DNA of 64,000 nucleotides, from positions 61,412,430 to 61,476,429 of the forward strand of contig NC_090399.1 of assembly GCF_036365525.1 (NCBI RefSeq), given 5' to 3'. Position numbers and translations under genes: made by a program. The notes beneath the pieces were generated by a model that did no database searches, was not told the origin of the DNA, and saw nothing but the letters and a program-made list of their open reading frames with translations. The stretch is from Heterodontus francisci. Lineage: Eukaryota. Below are positions 11,701 to 24,682 of the stretch, piece after piece. How positions within the stretch are numbered: the first letter of the stretch is position 1; every line of letters starts with the position of its first letter.

Positions 11701-14700
11701 CAATGTGATGGGTTAGGGAGGAGGGAGTGGGCTCCCTACAGTTGGAGTGAGGGTCCGATGTGATAGGTTAGGGAGGAGGGAGTGGGCTCCCTACGGTTGG
11801 AGTGAGGGTCCAATGTGATGGGTTAGGGAGGAGGGAGTGGTCTCCCCACAGTTGAGAGTGAGGGTCCGATGTGATGGGTTAGGGAGGAGGGAGTGGTCTC
11901 CCCACAGTTGAGAGTGAGGGTCCGATGTGATGGGTTAGGGAGGAGGGTGTGGTCTCCCCACAGTTGGAGTGAGGGTCCGATGTGATAGGTTAGGGAGGAG
12001 GGAGTGGTCTCCCCACAGTTGAGAGTGAGTGTCCGATGTGATCGGTTAGGGAGGAGGGAGTGGTCTCCCCACAGTTGAGAGTGAGGGTCCAATGTGATGG
12101 GTTAGGGAGGAGGGAGTGGTCTCCCCACAGTTGAGAGTGAGGGTCCAATGTGATGGGTTAGGGAGGAGGGAGTGGTCTCCCCACAGTTGAGAGTGAGGGT
12201 CCAATGTGATAGGTTAGGGAGGAGGGAGTGGTCTCCCCACAGTTGGAGTGAGGGTCTGATGTGATGGGTTAGGGAGGAGGGAGTGGTCTCCCCACAGTTG
12301 AGAGTGAGGGTCCAATGTGATAGGTTAGGGAGGAGGGAGTGGTCTCCCCACAGTTGGAGTGAGTGTCCAATCTGATGGAGGAGTGAGGGAGGAGGGAGTG
12401 GTCTCCCCACAGTTGGAGTGAGGGTCCAATGTGATAGGTTAGGGAGGAGGGAGTGGTCTCCCCACAGTTGGAGTGAGGGTCTGATGTGATGGGTTAGGGA
12501 GGAGGGAGTGGTCTCCCCACATTTGGAGTGAGTGTCCAATCTGATGGAGGATTGAGGGAGGAGTGGTGTCCCTACAGCTGGTATAAGGGTCCGATGTGAT
12601 GGGAGAGTGAGGTGGGGTGTTCTTCCCACAGCTGGAAGGAGGGTCTGATGTGATAGGGGCGTGAGGAGGGAGTGGTCTTCCCACAGTTGGAGTGAGGGTC
12701 CGATGTGATCGATTAGGGAGGAGGGAGTGGTCTCCCCACAGTTGGGAGTGAGGGTCCGATGTGATGGGAGAGTGAGGTGGGGTGTTCTCCCCACAGCTGG
12801 AAGGAGGGTCTGATGTGATTTGGGGCATGAGGAGGGAGTGGTCTCCCCACAGTCGGAGTGAGAGTCTGATGTGATAGGGGCGTGAGGAGGGAGTGCTCTT
12901 CCCACAGTCGGAGTGAGGGTCTGATGTGATAGGGGCGTGAGGAGGGAGTGGTCTCCCCACAGTTGGAGTGAGTGTCCGATGTGATGGGTTAGGGAGGAGG
13001 GAGTGGGCTCCCTACAGTTGGAGTGAGGGTCCGATGTGATAGGTTAGGGAGGAGGGAGTGGGCTCCCTACAGTTGGAGTGAGGGTCCGATGTGATAGGTT
13101 AGGGAGGAGGGAGTGGGCTCTTCACAGTTGAGAGTGAGGGTCCAATATGATGGTTTAGGGAGGAGGGAGTGGGCTCCCTACAGTTGGAGTGAGGGTCCGA
13201 TGTGATGGGTTAGGGAGGAGGGAGTGGTCTCCCCACAGTTGGAGTGAGTGTCCGATGTGATGGGTTAGGGAGGAGGGAGTGGGCTCCCCACAGTTGGAGT
13301 GAGTGTCCGATGTGATGGGTTAGGGAGGAGGGAGTGGTCTCCCCACAGTTGAGAGTGAGTGTCCGATGTGATGGGTTAGGGAGGAGGGAGTGGGCTCCCC
13401 ACAGTTGGAGTGAGTGTCCGATGTGATAGGTTAGGGAGGAGGGAGTGGGCTCCCCACAGTTGGAGTGAGGGTTCGATGTGATAGGTTAGGGAGGAGGGAG
13501 TGGGCTCCCTGCGGTTGGAGTGAGGGTCCAATGTGATGGGTTAGGGAGGAGGGAGTGGGCTCCCTACTGTTGGAGTGAGTGTCCGATGTGATAGGTTAGG
13601 GAGGAGGGAGTGGGCTCCCTACGGTTGGAGTGAGGGTCCAATGTGATAGGTTAGGGAGGAGGGAGTGGGCTCCCTACAGTTGGAGTGAGGGTCCGATGTG
13701 ATAGGTTAGGGAGGAGGGAGTGGGCTCCCTACGGTTGGAGTGAGGGTCCAATGTGATGGGTTAGGGAGGAGGGAGTGGTCTCCCCACAGTTGAGAGTGAG
13801 GGTCCGATGTGATGGGTTAGGGTGGAGGGAGTGGTCTCCCCACAGTTGAGAGTGAGGGTCCGATGTGATGGGTTAGGGAGGAGGGAGTGGTCTCCCCACA
13901 GTTGGAGTGAGGGTCCGATGTGATAGGTTAGGGAGGAGGGAGTGGTCTCCCCACAGTTGAGAGTGAGTGTCCGATGTGATCGGTTAGGGAGGAGGGAGTG
14001 GTCTCCCCACAGTTGAGAGTGAGGGTCCAATGTGATGGGTTAGGGAGGAGGGAGTGGTCTCTCCACAGTTGAGAGTGAGGGTCCAATGTGATGGGTTAGG
14101 GAGGAGGGAGTGGTCTCCCCACAGTTGAGAGTGAGGGTCCAATGTGATAGGTTAGGGAGGAGGGAGTGGTCTCCCCACAGTTGGAGTGAGGGTCTGATGT
14201 GATGGGTTAGGGAGGAGGGAGTGGTCTCCCCACAGTTGAGAGTGAGGGTCCAATGTGATAGGTTAGGGAGGAGGGAGTGGTCTCCCCACAGTTGGAGTGA
14301 GTGTCCAATCTGATGGAGGAGTGAGGGAGGAGGGAGTGGTCTCCCCACAGTTGGAGTGAGGGTCCAATGTGATAGGTTAGGGAGGAGGGAGTGGTCTCCC
14401 CACAGTTGGAGTGAGGGTCTGATGTGATGGGTTAGGGAGGAGGGAGTGGTCTCCCCACAGTTGGAGTGAGTGTCCAATCTGATGGAGGATTGAGGGAGGA
14501 GTGGTGTCCCTACAGCTGGTATAAGGGTCCGATGTGATGGGAGAGTGAGGTGGGGTGTTCTCCCCACAGCTGGAAGGAGGGTCTGATGTGATAGGGGCGT
14601 GAGGAGGGAGTGGTCTTCCCACAGTTGGAGTGAGGGTCCGATGTGATCGATTAGGGAGGAGGGAGTGGTCTCCCCACAGTTGGGAGTGAGGGTCCGATGT

Positions 14701-15035
14701 GATGGGAGAGTGAGGTGGGGTGTTCTCCCCACAGCTGGAAGGAGGGTCTGATGTGATAGGGGCATGAGGAGGGAGTGGTCTCCCCACAGTCGGAGTGAGA
14801 GTCTGATGTGATAGGGGCGTGAGGAGGGAGTGCTCTTCCCACAGTCGGAGTGAGGGTCTGATGTGATAGGGGCGTGAGGAGGGAGTGGTCTCCCCACAGC
14901 CGGAAGGAGAGTCTGATGTGATAGGGGCGTGAGGAGGGAGTGGTCTTCCCACAGTCGGAGTGAGGGTCTGATGTCATAGGGGCGTGAGGAGGGAGTGGTC
15001 TTCCCACAGTCGGAGTGAGGGTCTGATGTGATGGG
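5785..15035. repeat. G-rich minisatellite, 55/56 bp unit, about 165 copies, most containing GGTTAGGG
   Basis: Unit gtgagggtccgatgtgatgggttagggaggagggagtggtctccccacagttg(g/ag)a; period 55 measured at 5941/5996; higher-order duplications. Confidence 0.98.
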
Positions 15036-15675
15036 GTTGGTTTACCCAGTTGTTCTGGTTGGCCACAGACATGATTTATTGATAAACACTGGATCATTAT
15101 TGACCATCACACATACCTCACAGTGTCAAACCCAGACAATGAGGAAAGGGAAACTTGCTTCACTTTTAGGCTTTAACAGGCTGGTTATCCCAGAATATGA
15201 AGCTCAGTCATGTTACATAGAAATTGTAGACAGTTTATGGTTGTGGGTACAGGAGCCCATCCTGGTGACTATAACAGGAAACTCGGGTAAACTGGGCTCT
15301 GATGTGTTCTCTGTGGTGGGGATGTGTGTTGAATATATAATGGATAACTGCATCTACATGTTGTGTCAGGAAGGAATGTTGAAATGTCAGATGCTTACAA
15401 GGTTTGTGCTGTTCAGAAACCTGAGGTCTCTCTGTTCCCAATGCACAGAGACAGAGCCCTATAAGATCATTGCAAAATACACCAGCAAGTTTGTTAAACA
15501 CAAACACAACTGCAGAAAGTTAGCAGGAGTGGAATACATAACAGGGTCACCTCACCAAACCCGAAAGGAATTCCCTATACCTGAGGAGAGTGAACCTCAT
15601 TATCAAGACCAACCTTGATCTACTTTTTTCAGTCAAACCCACTGCACTGTCAGTGGAAATATTCTTTTTTATGTG

Positions 15676-15800
15676 ATGTCAGCTGGGCCTCGATGGTAGC
15701 ACTCTCACCTCACAATCAGAATTTCCCAATCATTCAGCACAAAATCTAGGCTGATGCTTTAGTGCAGTACTGAGGGAGTGCTGCACTGTCGGAGGGTCAG
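15676..15800 (+). mobile_element. Decayed 5' part of a DeuSINE (SacSINE1-like) that seeds the 33 bp array
   Basis: gtcagctgggcctcgatggtagcactctcacctc...agcacaaaatctaggctga...agtgcagtactgagggagtgctgcactgtcggagg matches the shark DeuSINE head as recalled; SINE sequence resumes as gtcggaggtgcc at 19088-19099. Confidence 0.65.
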
Positions 15801-18800
15801 TACGGAGGGAGTGCGGCACAGTCGGAGGGGCGGTACTGAGAGAGCACAGCACTGTCGGAGGGGCAGTACTGAGGGAGTGCTGCACTGTCGGTGGGTCAGT
15901 ACTGAGGGAGTGCTGCACTGTCGGAGGGTCGGTACTGAGAGAGCACAGCACTGTCGGAGGGGCAGTACTGAGGGAGGGCTGCACTGTCAGAGGGTAAGTA
16001 CTGAGGGAGGGCTGCACTGTCAGAGGGTAAGTACTGAGGGAGTGCTGTGCTGTCAGAGGGTAAGTATTGAGGGGCAGCTGCATTGTCGGTGGATCAGCAC
16101 TGAGGGAGAGCTGCACTGTCGGTGGGTCAGTACTGAGGGAGAGCTGCACTGTCAGAGGGTAAGTACTGAGGGAGGGCTGCACAGTCGGTGGGTCAGTACT
16201 GAGGGAAAGCTGCATTGTCAGAGGGTAAGTACTGAGGGAGGGCTGCACTGTCAGAGGGCAAGTACTGAGGGAGGGCTGCACTGTCAGAGGGTAAGTACTG
16301 AGGGAGGGCTGCACTGTCAGTGGGTAAGTACTGAGGGACAGCTGCATTGTCGGTGGGTCGGTACTGAGGGAGAGCTGCACTGTCGGTGGGTCAGTACTGA
16401 GGGAGAGCTGCACTGTCGGAGGGTCAGTACTGAGGGAGTGCTGCATTGTCGGTGGGTCAGTACTGAGGGAGGGCTGCACTGTCAGAGGGTAAGTACTGAG
16501 GGAGTGCTGCACTGTCGGTGGGTCAGTACTGAGGGAGAGCTGCATTGTCAGTGGGTCGGTACTGAGGGAGTGCTGCATTGTCGGTGGGTCAGTCCTGAGG
16601 GAAAGCTGCATTGTCAGAGGGTAAGTACTGAGGGAGGGCTGCACTGTCAGAGGGCAAGTACTGAGGGAGGGCTGCACTGTCAGAGGGTAAGTACTGAGGG
16701 AGGGCTGCACTGTCAGTGGGTAAGTACTGAGGGACAGCTGCATTGTCGGTGGGTCGGTACTGAGGGAGAGCTGCACTGTCAGAGGGTAAGTACTGAGGGA
16801 GTGCTGCACTGTCGGTGGGTCAGTACTGAGGGAGAGCTGCATTGTCAGTGGGTCGGTACTGAGGGAGTGCTGCATTGTCGGTGGGTCAGTCCTGAGGGAA
16901 AGCTGCAGTATCGTTGGGTCAGTAATGAGGGAGTGCTGCACTGTCGGTGGGTCAGTACTGAGGGAGAGCTGCACTGTCGGTGGGTCAGTACTGAGGGTGA
17001 GCTGCATTGTCAGAGGGTCAATACTGAGGGAGGGCTGCACTGTCAGAGAGTAAGTACTGAGGGAGGGCTGCACTGTCAGAGGGTAAGTACTGAGGGACAG
17101 CTGCATTGTCGGTGGGTCGGTACTGAGGGAGAGCTGCACTGTCGGTGGGTCAGTACTGAGGGAGAGCTGCATTGTCGGTGGGTCAGTATTGAGGGAAAGC
17201 TGCATTGTCAGAGGGTAAGTACTGAGGGAGTGCTGCACTGTCATAGGGTCAATACTGAGGGAGGGCTGCACTGTCAGAGGGTAAGTACTGAGGGACAGCT
17301 GCATTGTCGGTGGGTCGGTACTGAGGGAGAGCTGCACTGTCGGTGGGTCAGTACTGAGGGAGTGCTGCACTGTCGGTGGGTCAGTGCTGAGGGAGAGCTG
17401 CACTGTCGGTGGGTCGGTACTGAGAGAGAGCTGCATTGTCAGAGGGTCAATACTGAGGGAGGGCTGCACTGTCAGAGGGTAAGTACTGAGGGACAGCTGC
17501 ATTGTCGGTGGGTCGGTACTGAGGGAGAGCTGCACTGTCGGTGGGTCAGTACTGAGGGAGAGCTGCACGGTCAGTGGGTCGGTACTGAGGGAGTGCTGCA
17601 TTGTCAGAGGGTCAGTACTGAGGGAGTGCTGCACTGTCGGTGGGTCAGTACTGAGGGAGTGCTGCACTGTCGGTGGGTCAGTACTGAGGGAGTGCTGGAT
17701 TGTCGGTGGGACAGTACTGAGGGAGGGCTGCACTGTCAGAGGGTAAGTACTGAGGGAGTGCTGCATTGTCGGTGGGTCAGTACTGAGGGAGGGCTGCACT
17801 GTCAGAGGATAAGTACTGAGGGAGTGCTGCACTGTCGGTGGGTCAGTACTGAGGGAGAGCTGCATTGTCAGTGGGTCGGTACTGAGGGAGTGCTGCATTG
17901 TCGGTGGGTCAGTACTGAGGGAGGGCTGCACTGTCAGAGGGTAAGTACTGAGGGAGTGCTGCATTGTCGGTGGGTCGGTACTGAGGGAGAGCTGCACTGT
18001 CGGTGGGTCAGTACTGAGGGAGTGCTGCATTGTCGGTGGGTCAGTACTGAGGGAAAGCTGCAGTGTCGGTGGGTCAGTACTGAGGGAGAGCTGCATTGTC
18101 AGTGTGTCGGTACTGAGGGAGGGCTGCATTGTCAGAGGGTCAGTACTGAGGGAGTGCTGCACTGTCGGTGGGTCAGTATTGAGGGACAGCTGCATTGTCG
18201 GTGGGTCGGTACTGAGGGAGAGCTGCACTGTCGGTGGGTCAGTACTGAGGGACAGCTGCACTGTCAGTGGGTCGGTCCTGAGGGAGTGCTGCATTGTCAG
18301 AGGGTCAGTACTGAGGGAGTGCTGCACTGTCGGTGGGTCAGTACTGAGGGAGGGCTGCACTGTCGGTGGGTCAGTACTGAGGGAGGGCTGCACTGTCAGA
18401 GGGTAAGTACTGAGGGAGTGCTGCATTGTCGGTGGGTCGGTACTGAGGGAGAGCTGCACTGTCGGTGGGTCTGTACTGAGGGAGGGCTGCACTGTCAGAG
18501 GGTAAGTACTGAGGGTGTGCTGCACTGTCGGTGGGTCAGTACTGAGGGAGAGCTGCATTGTCAGTGGGTCGGTACTGAGGGAGTGCTGCATTGTCGGTGG
18601 GTCAGTACTGAGGGAAAGCTGCTGTGTCAGTGAGTCAGTACTGAGGGAGAGCTGCATTGTCAGTGTGTCGGTACTGAGGGAGGGCTGCATTGTCAGAGGG
18701 TCAGTACTGAGGGACAGCTGCACTGTCAGTGGGTCGGTACTGAGGGAGAGCTGCACTGTCAGTGGGTCAGTACTGAGGGACAGCTGCACTGTCAGTGGGT

Positions 18801-19095
18801 CGGTCCTGAGGGAGTGCTGCATTGTCAGAGGGTCAGTACTGAGGGAGTGCTGCACTGTCGGTGGGTCAGTACTGAGGGACAGCTGCACTTTCAGTGGGTC
18901 GGTCCTGAGGGAGTGCTGCATTGTCCGAGGGTCAGTACTGAGGGACAGCTGCACTGTCAGTGGGTCAGTACTGAGGGAGTGCTGCACTGTCGGTGGGTCA
19001 GTACTGAGGGAGTGCTGCACTGTCGGTGGGTCAGTACTGAGGGAGTGCTGCATTGTTGGTGGGTCGGTACTGAGGGAGAGCTGCAGTGTCGGAGG
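15765..19095. repeat. 33 bp minisatellite (cagtactgagggagtgctgcactgtcggtgggt), about 100 copies
   Basis: Direct tandem repeats; 11-aa period in ORFs on both strands. Confidence 0.98.
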
Positions 19096-19099
19096 TGCC

Positions 19100-19230
19100 A
19101 TATACAGGTTAAGAGAGTGGATGATGCTGTGGTAAATGGTGTTTAATGTGGGGAAGTGAGTCGTCATCCACTTTGGACGCAACAAAGATAAATGGTGAAA
19201 AACTCAGGACTATTGAGAATCAAAGCGATT
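19100..19230 (+). mobile_element. Short CR1 RT fragment
   Basis: RLREW...FNVGK...IHFGR remnant (tttaatgtggggaagt...atccactttggacg). Confidence 0.55.
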
Positions 19231-19237
19231 TGTTTTA

Positions 19238-19310
19238 AAAAACAAGAAATGCTGGAAATGTTCAGCCGATCAGGCAGCATCAGTGGTGGGAAAAACCACA
19301 TTAATAACCC
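19238..19310 (-). mobile_element. Penelope-like element terminal fragment
   Basis: aacaagaaatgctggaaatgttcagccgatcaggcagcatc, homologous to the copies at 27155 and 51530. Confidence 0.6.
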
Positions 19311-19899
19311 GGTGTTTACTGAGGTGGGATTTTCTAGCTGGGGAGAAGAGTTCAGACTGGGTAACCCCTGACTCCATATTTAGATGGCAGCGTGGAGTTT
19401 TAACTACACATTGTGCATTTGTTTTTTTAACAGGTTCCCTGCCCCAATCCCCAGTCTGATTGACAGGCTCAGCTCGCTGGAGGGAGTGAAACACTGCAGA
19501 AAGGCTCGAGCTCAGGAGCAGGAAGTTTCATGCTGCTTAGGGTAAAGATTGCAGGGTCACAGAGGGTGGGGTGGGGGGCGGGTGAGGGGGGTTACAGCAA
19601 GGTGTTGAAGTTCCGGGTGGGATCGTGTGGGGGATGGGGGTCAGAGAGAGATGGGGCAGAGATGGTGGATCAGAGACAATACAGAATGATCAGAGGGGAG
19701 GGTGTGTCATATATCAGAGAAAGAGAAGGTAGGGTCAAGGAGCAATCATAGAGGAATTAGAGGGAATACAGATAGAGATCAGAGGGAGAAATCTGAGGGA
19801 GAGTTTGGTGGGAGAAATTGGTAAGGGGCCTATGGGAGATCAGAGGGAGATTTTGGAGGGGGATCAGGGTGAGATTGGAGCGGTGGGGGATAAATCTGA

Positions 19900-22800
19900 G
19901 GGAGATTTTGGAGGGAACTGGGTGAGATTGGAGGGATGTCACAGAGAGATTGGAGGCTGTGGTCACAGAGAGATCAGAGGGAGAGATTGGAGGGTGTGGT
20001 CACAGAGAGATCAGAGAGAGAGATTGGAGGGTGTGGTCACAGAGAGATCAGAGAGAGAGATTGGAGGGTGTGGTCACAGAGAGATCAGAGGGAGAGATTG
20101 GAGGGTGTGGTCACAGAGAGATCAGAGGGAGAGATTGGAGGGTGTGGTCACAGAGAGATCAGAGAGAGAGATTGGAGGGTGTGGTCACAGAGAGATCAGA
20201 GGGAGAGATTGGTGGGTGGGTCACAGAGAGATCAGAGAGAGTGATTGGAGGGTGTGGCACAGAGAGCTCAGAGGGAAAGATTGGAGGGTGTGGTCACAGA
20301 GAGATCAGAGAGAGAGATTGGAGGGGTGGTCACATAGAGATCAGAGAGAGTGATTGGAGGGCGTGGCACAGAGAGCTCAGAGGGAAAGATTGGAGGGTGT
20401 GGTCACAGAGAGATCAGAGGGAGAGATTGGAGGGTGTGGTCACAGAGAGATCAGAGAGAGAGATTGGAGGGTGTGGTCACAGAGAGATCAGAGGGAGAGA
20501 TTGGAGGGTGTGGTCACAGAGAGATCAGAGGGAGAGATTGGAGGGTGTGGTCACAGAGAGATCAGAGAGAGAGATTGGAGGGTGTGGTCACAGAGAGATC
20601 AGAGGGAGAGATTGGTGGGTGTGGTCACAGAGAGATCAGAGGGAGAGATTGGAGGGTGTGGTCACAGAGAGATCAGAGAGAGTGATTGGAGGGTGTGGTC
20701 ACAGAGAGATCAAAGGGAGAGATTGGAGGGTGTGGTCACAGAGAGATCAGAGGGAGAGATTGGAGGGTGTGGTCACAGAGAGGTCAGAGGGAGAGATTGG
20801 TGGGATGTCACAGAAAGATCAGAGGGAGAGATTGGATGGTGTGGTCACAGAGAGATCAGAGGGAGAGATTGGAGGGTGTGGTCACAGAGAGATCAGAGGG
20901 AGAGATTGGAGGGTGTGGTCACAGAGAGAACAGAGGGAGAGATTGGTGGGTGTGGTCACAGAGAGATCAGAGAGAGAGACTGGAGGGTGTGGTCACAGAG
21001 AGATCAGAGGGAAAGATTGGAGTGTGTGGTCACAGAGAGATCAGAGAGAGAGATTGGAGAGTGTGGTCACAGAGAGATCAGAGGGAGAGATTGGTGGGTG
21101 TGGTCACTGAGAGATCAGAGGGAGGGATTGGAGGGTGTGGTCACAGAGAGCTCAGAGGGAGAGATTGGAGGGTGTGGTCACTGAGAGATCAGAGGGAGAG
21201 ATTGGTGGGTGTGGTCACAGAGAGTTCAGAGGGAGAGATTGGAGGGTGTGGTCACAGAGAGATCAGAGGGAGAGATTGGTGGGTGTGGTCACAGAGAGCT
21301 CAGAGGGAGAGATTGGAGGGTGTGGTCACAGAGAGATCAGAGGGAGAGATTGGAGGGTGTGGTCACAGAGAGGTCAGAGGGAGAGATTGGTGGGATGTCA
21401 CAGAGAGATCAGAGGGAGAGATTGGAGGGTGTGGTCACAGAGAGATCAGAGGGAGAGATTGGAGGGTATGGTCACAGAGAGAACAGAGGGAGAGATTGTT
21501 GGGTGTGGTCACAGAGAGCTCAGAGGGAGAGATTGGAGGGTGTGGTCACAGAGAGATCAGAGGGAGAGATTGGAGGGTGTGGTCACAGAGAGGTCAGAGG
21601 GAGAGATTGGTGGGATGTCACAGAAAGATCAGAGGGAGAGATTGGATGGTGTGGTCACAGAGAGATCAGAGGGAGAGATTGGAGGGTGTGGTCACAGAGA
21701 GATCAGAGGGAGAGATTGGAGGGTGTGGTCACAGAGAGAACAGAGGGAGAGATTGGTAGGTGTGGTCACAGAGAGATCAGAGGGAGAGATTGGAGGGTGT
21801 GGTCACAGAGAGCTCAGAGGGAGAGATTGGAGGGTGTGGTCACAGAGAGATCAGAGGGAGAGATTGGTGGGTGTGGTCACAGAGAGCTCAGAGGGAGAGA
21901 TTGGAGGGTGTGGTCACAGAGAGATCAGAGGGAGAGATTGGAGGGTGTGGTCACAGAGAGAACAGAGGGAGAGATTGGTGGGTGTGGTCACAGAGAGATC
22001 AGAGGCAGAGATTGGAGGGTGTGGTCACAGAGAGCTCAGAGGGAGAGATTGGAGGGTGTGGTCACAGAGAGATCAGAGGGAGAGATTGGTGGGATGTCAC
22101 AGAGAGATCAGAGGGAGAGATTGGAGGGTGTGGTCACAGAGAGCTCAGAGGGAGAGATTGGAGGGTGTGGTCACAGAGAGATCAGAGGGAGAGATTGGAG
22201 GGTGTGGTCACAGAGAGAACAGAGGGAGAGATTGTTGGGTGTGGTCACAGAGAGCTCAGAGGGAGAGATTGGAGGGTGTGGTCACAGAGAGATCAGAGGG
22301 AGAGATTGGAGGGTGTGGTCACAGAGAGGTCAGAGGGAGAGATTGGTGGGATGTCACAGAAAGATCAGAGGGAGAGATTGGAGGGTGTGGTCACAGAGAG
22401 ATCAGAGGGAGAGATTGGAGGGTGTGGTCACAGAGAGATCAGAGGGAGAGATTGGAGGGTGTGGTCACAGAGAGATCAGAGGGAGAGGTTGGAGGGTGTG
22501 GTCACAGAGAGATCAGAGGGAGAGATTGGAGGGTGTGGTCACAGAGAGGTCAGAGGGAGAGATTGGTGGGATGTCACAGAGAGATCAGAGGGAGAGATTG
22601 GAGGGTGTGGTCACAGAGAGATCAGAGGGAGAGATTGGAGGGTGTGGTCACAGAGAGCTCAGAGGGAGAGATTGGAGGGTGTGGTCACAGAGAGGTCAGA
22701 GGGAGAGATTGGTGGGATGTCACAGAGAGATCAGAGGGAGAGATTGGAGGGTGTGGTCACAGAGAGATCAGAGGGAGAGATTGGAGGGTGTGGTCACAGA

Positions 22801-24400
22801 GAGATCAGAGGGAGAGATTGGAGGGTGTGGTCACAGAGAGGTCAGAGGGAGAGATTGGTGGGATGTCACAGAAAGATCAGAGGGAGAGATTGGAGGGTGT
22901 GGTCACAGAGAGATCAGAGGGAGAGATTGGAGGGTGTGGTCACAGAGAGATCAGAGGGAGAGATTGGTGGGTGTGGTCACAGAGAGATCAGAGGGAGAGA
23001 TTGGAGGGTGTGGTCACAGAGAGGTCAGAGGGAGAGATTGGAGGGTGTGGTCACAGAGAGATCAGAGGGAGAGATTGGTGGGTGTGGTCACAGAGAGCTC
23101 AGAGGGAGAGATTGGAGGGTGTGGTCACAGAGAGATCAGAGGGAGAGATTGGTGGGTGTGGTCACAGAGAGCTCAGAGGGAGAGATTGGAGGGTGTGGTC
23201 ACAGAGAGATCAGAGGGAGAGATTGGAGGGTGTGGTCACAGAGAGAACAGAGGGAGAGATTGGTGGGTGTGGTCACAGAGAGATCAGAGAGAGAGATTGG
23301 AGGGTGTGGTCACAGAGAGAACAGAGGGAGAGATTGGTGAGTGTGGTCACAGAGAGATCAGAGGGAGAGATTGGAGGGTGTGGTCACAGAGAGATCAGAG
23401 GGAGAGATTGGAGGGTGTGGTCACAGAGAGCTCAGAGGGAGAGATTGGAGGGTGTGGTCACAGAGAGGTCAGAGGGAGAGATTGGTGGGATGTCACAGAG
23501 AGATCAGAGGGAGAGATTGGAGGGTGTGGTCACAGAGAGATCAGAGGGAGAGATTGGAGGGTGTGGTCACAGAGAGATCAGAGGGAGAGATTGGAGGGTG
23601 TGGTCACAGAGAGAACAGAGGGAGAGATTGTTGGGTGTGGTCACAGAGAGCTCAGAGGGAGAGATTGGAGGGTGTGGTCACAGAGAGATCAGAGGGAGAG
23701 ATTGGAGGGTGTGGTCACAGAGAGGTCAGAGGGAGAGATTGGTGGGATGTCACAGAAAGATCAGAGGGAGAGATTGGAGGGTGTGGTCACAGAGAGGTCA
23801 GAGGGAGAGATTGGTGGGATGTCACAGAAAGATCAGAGGGAGAGATTGGAGGGTGTGGTCACAGAGAGATCAGAGGGAGAGATTGGAGGGTGTGGTCACA
23901 GAGAGATCAGAGGGAGAGATTGGAGGGTGTGGTCACAGAGAGATCAGAGGGAGAGATTGGAGGGTGTGGTCACAGAGAGATCAGAGGGAGAGATTGGAGG
24001 GTGTGGTCACAGAGAGATCAGAGGGAGAGGTTGGAGGGTGTGGTCACAGAGAGGTCAGAGGGAGAGATTGGTGGGATGTCACAGAAAGATCAGAGGGAGA
24101 GATTGGAGGGTGTGGTCACAGAGAGATCAGAGAGGGAGATTGGAGGGTGTGGTCACAGAGAGGTCAGAGGGAGAGATTGGAGGGTGTGGTCACAGAGAGG
24201 TCAGAGGGAGAGATTGGTGGGATGTCACAGAGAGATCAGAGGGAGAGATTGGAGGGTGTGGTCACAGAGAGATCAGAGGGAGAGGTTGGAGGGTCTGGTC
24301 ACAGAGAGCTCAGAGGGAGAGATTGGTGGGATGTCACAGAGAGATCAGAGGGAGAGATTGGAGGGTCTGGTCACAGAGAGATCAGAGAGAGAGATTGGAG
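19900..24400. repeat. 37 bp (35 bp variant) purine-rich minisatellite, about 120 copies, with degenerate GA-rich flanks to about 19750 and 24680
   Basis: Unit gagagattggagggtgtggtcacagagagatcagagg; no plus-strand stop codon, so all three forward frames are open. Confidence 0.98.
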
Positions 24401-24682
24401 GGAGGTTTTGGGGAGACTGGAGGGAGAGATTCGAAGGAGGTTTAGGGGAGACTGGAGGGAGAGATTGGAGGGAGGTTTTGGGGACACTGGTGGGAGAGAT
24501 TCGAAGGAGGTTTAGGGGAGACTGGAGGGAGAGATTGGAGGGAGGTTGGAGTGAGATTGGTGGGAGAGATCAGAGGGAGGATAGGGGTGAAATTGGAAGG
24601 AGAGATTGGAGGGAGCAATCGGAGGGAGAGATTGGAAGGAGGTCAGTGTGAGATTGGAGAGAGAGATCAGGGGAGGTTCTGG

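Noticed and set aside
5811-15097. Proline-rich minus-strand ORFs
   Set aside because: Translation of the 55/56 bp satellite
15028-15618. 196 aa ORF in non-repetitive sequence
   Set aside because: Starts in the satellite edge at a non-ATG codon, with no recognisable domain or supported splice sites; unresolved without a search
15730-19185. 1151 aa mucin-like (-) and 951 aa Cys/His-rich (+) ORFs
   Set aside because: The 33 bp unit is a multiple of 3 and lacks stops in those frames; open on both strands, SINE-derived, no signal peptide or splice context
5785-24400. CRISPR-like arrays
   Set aside because: Head-to-tail repeats without unique spacers, no cas genes, vertebrate context
19805-24651. 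ORFs up to 1126 aa in all three forward frames
   Set aside because: The 37 bp unit has no plus-strand stop codon; the same peptide cycles through all frames
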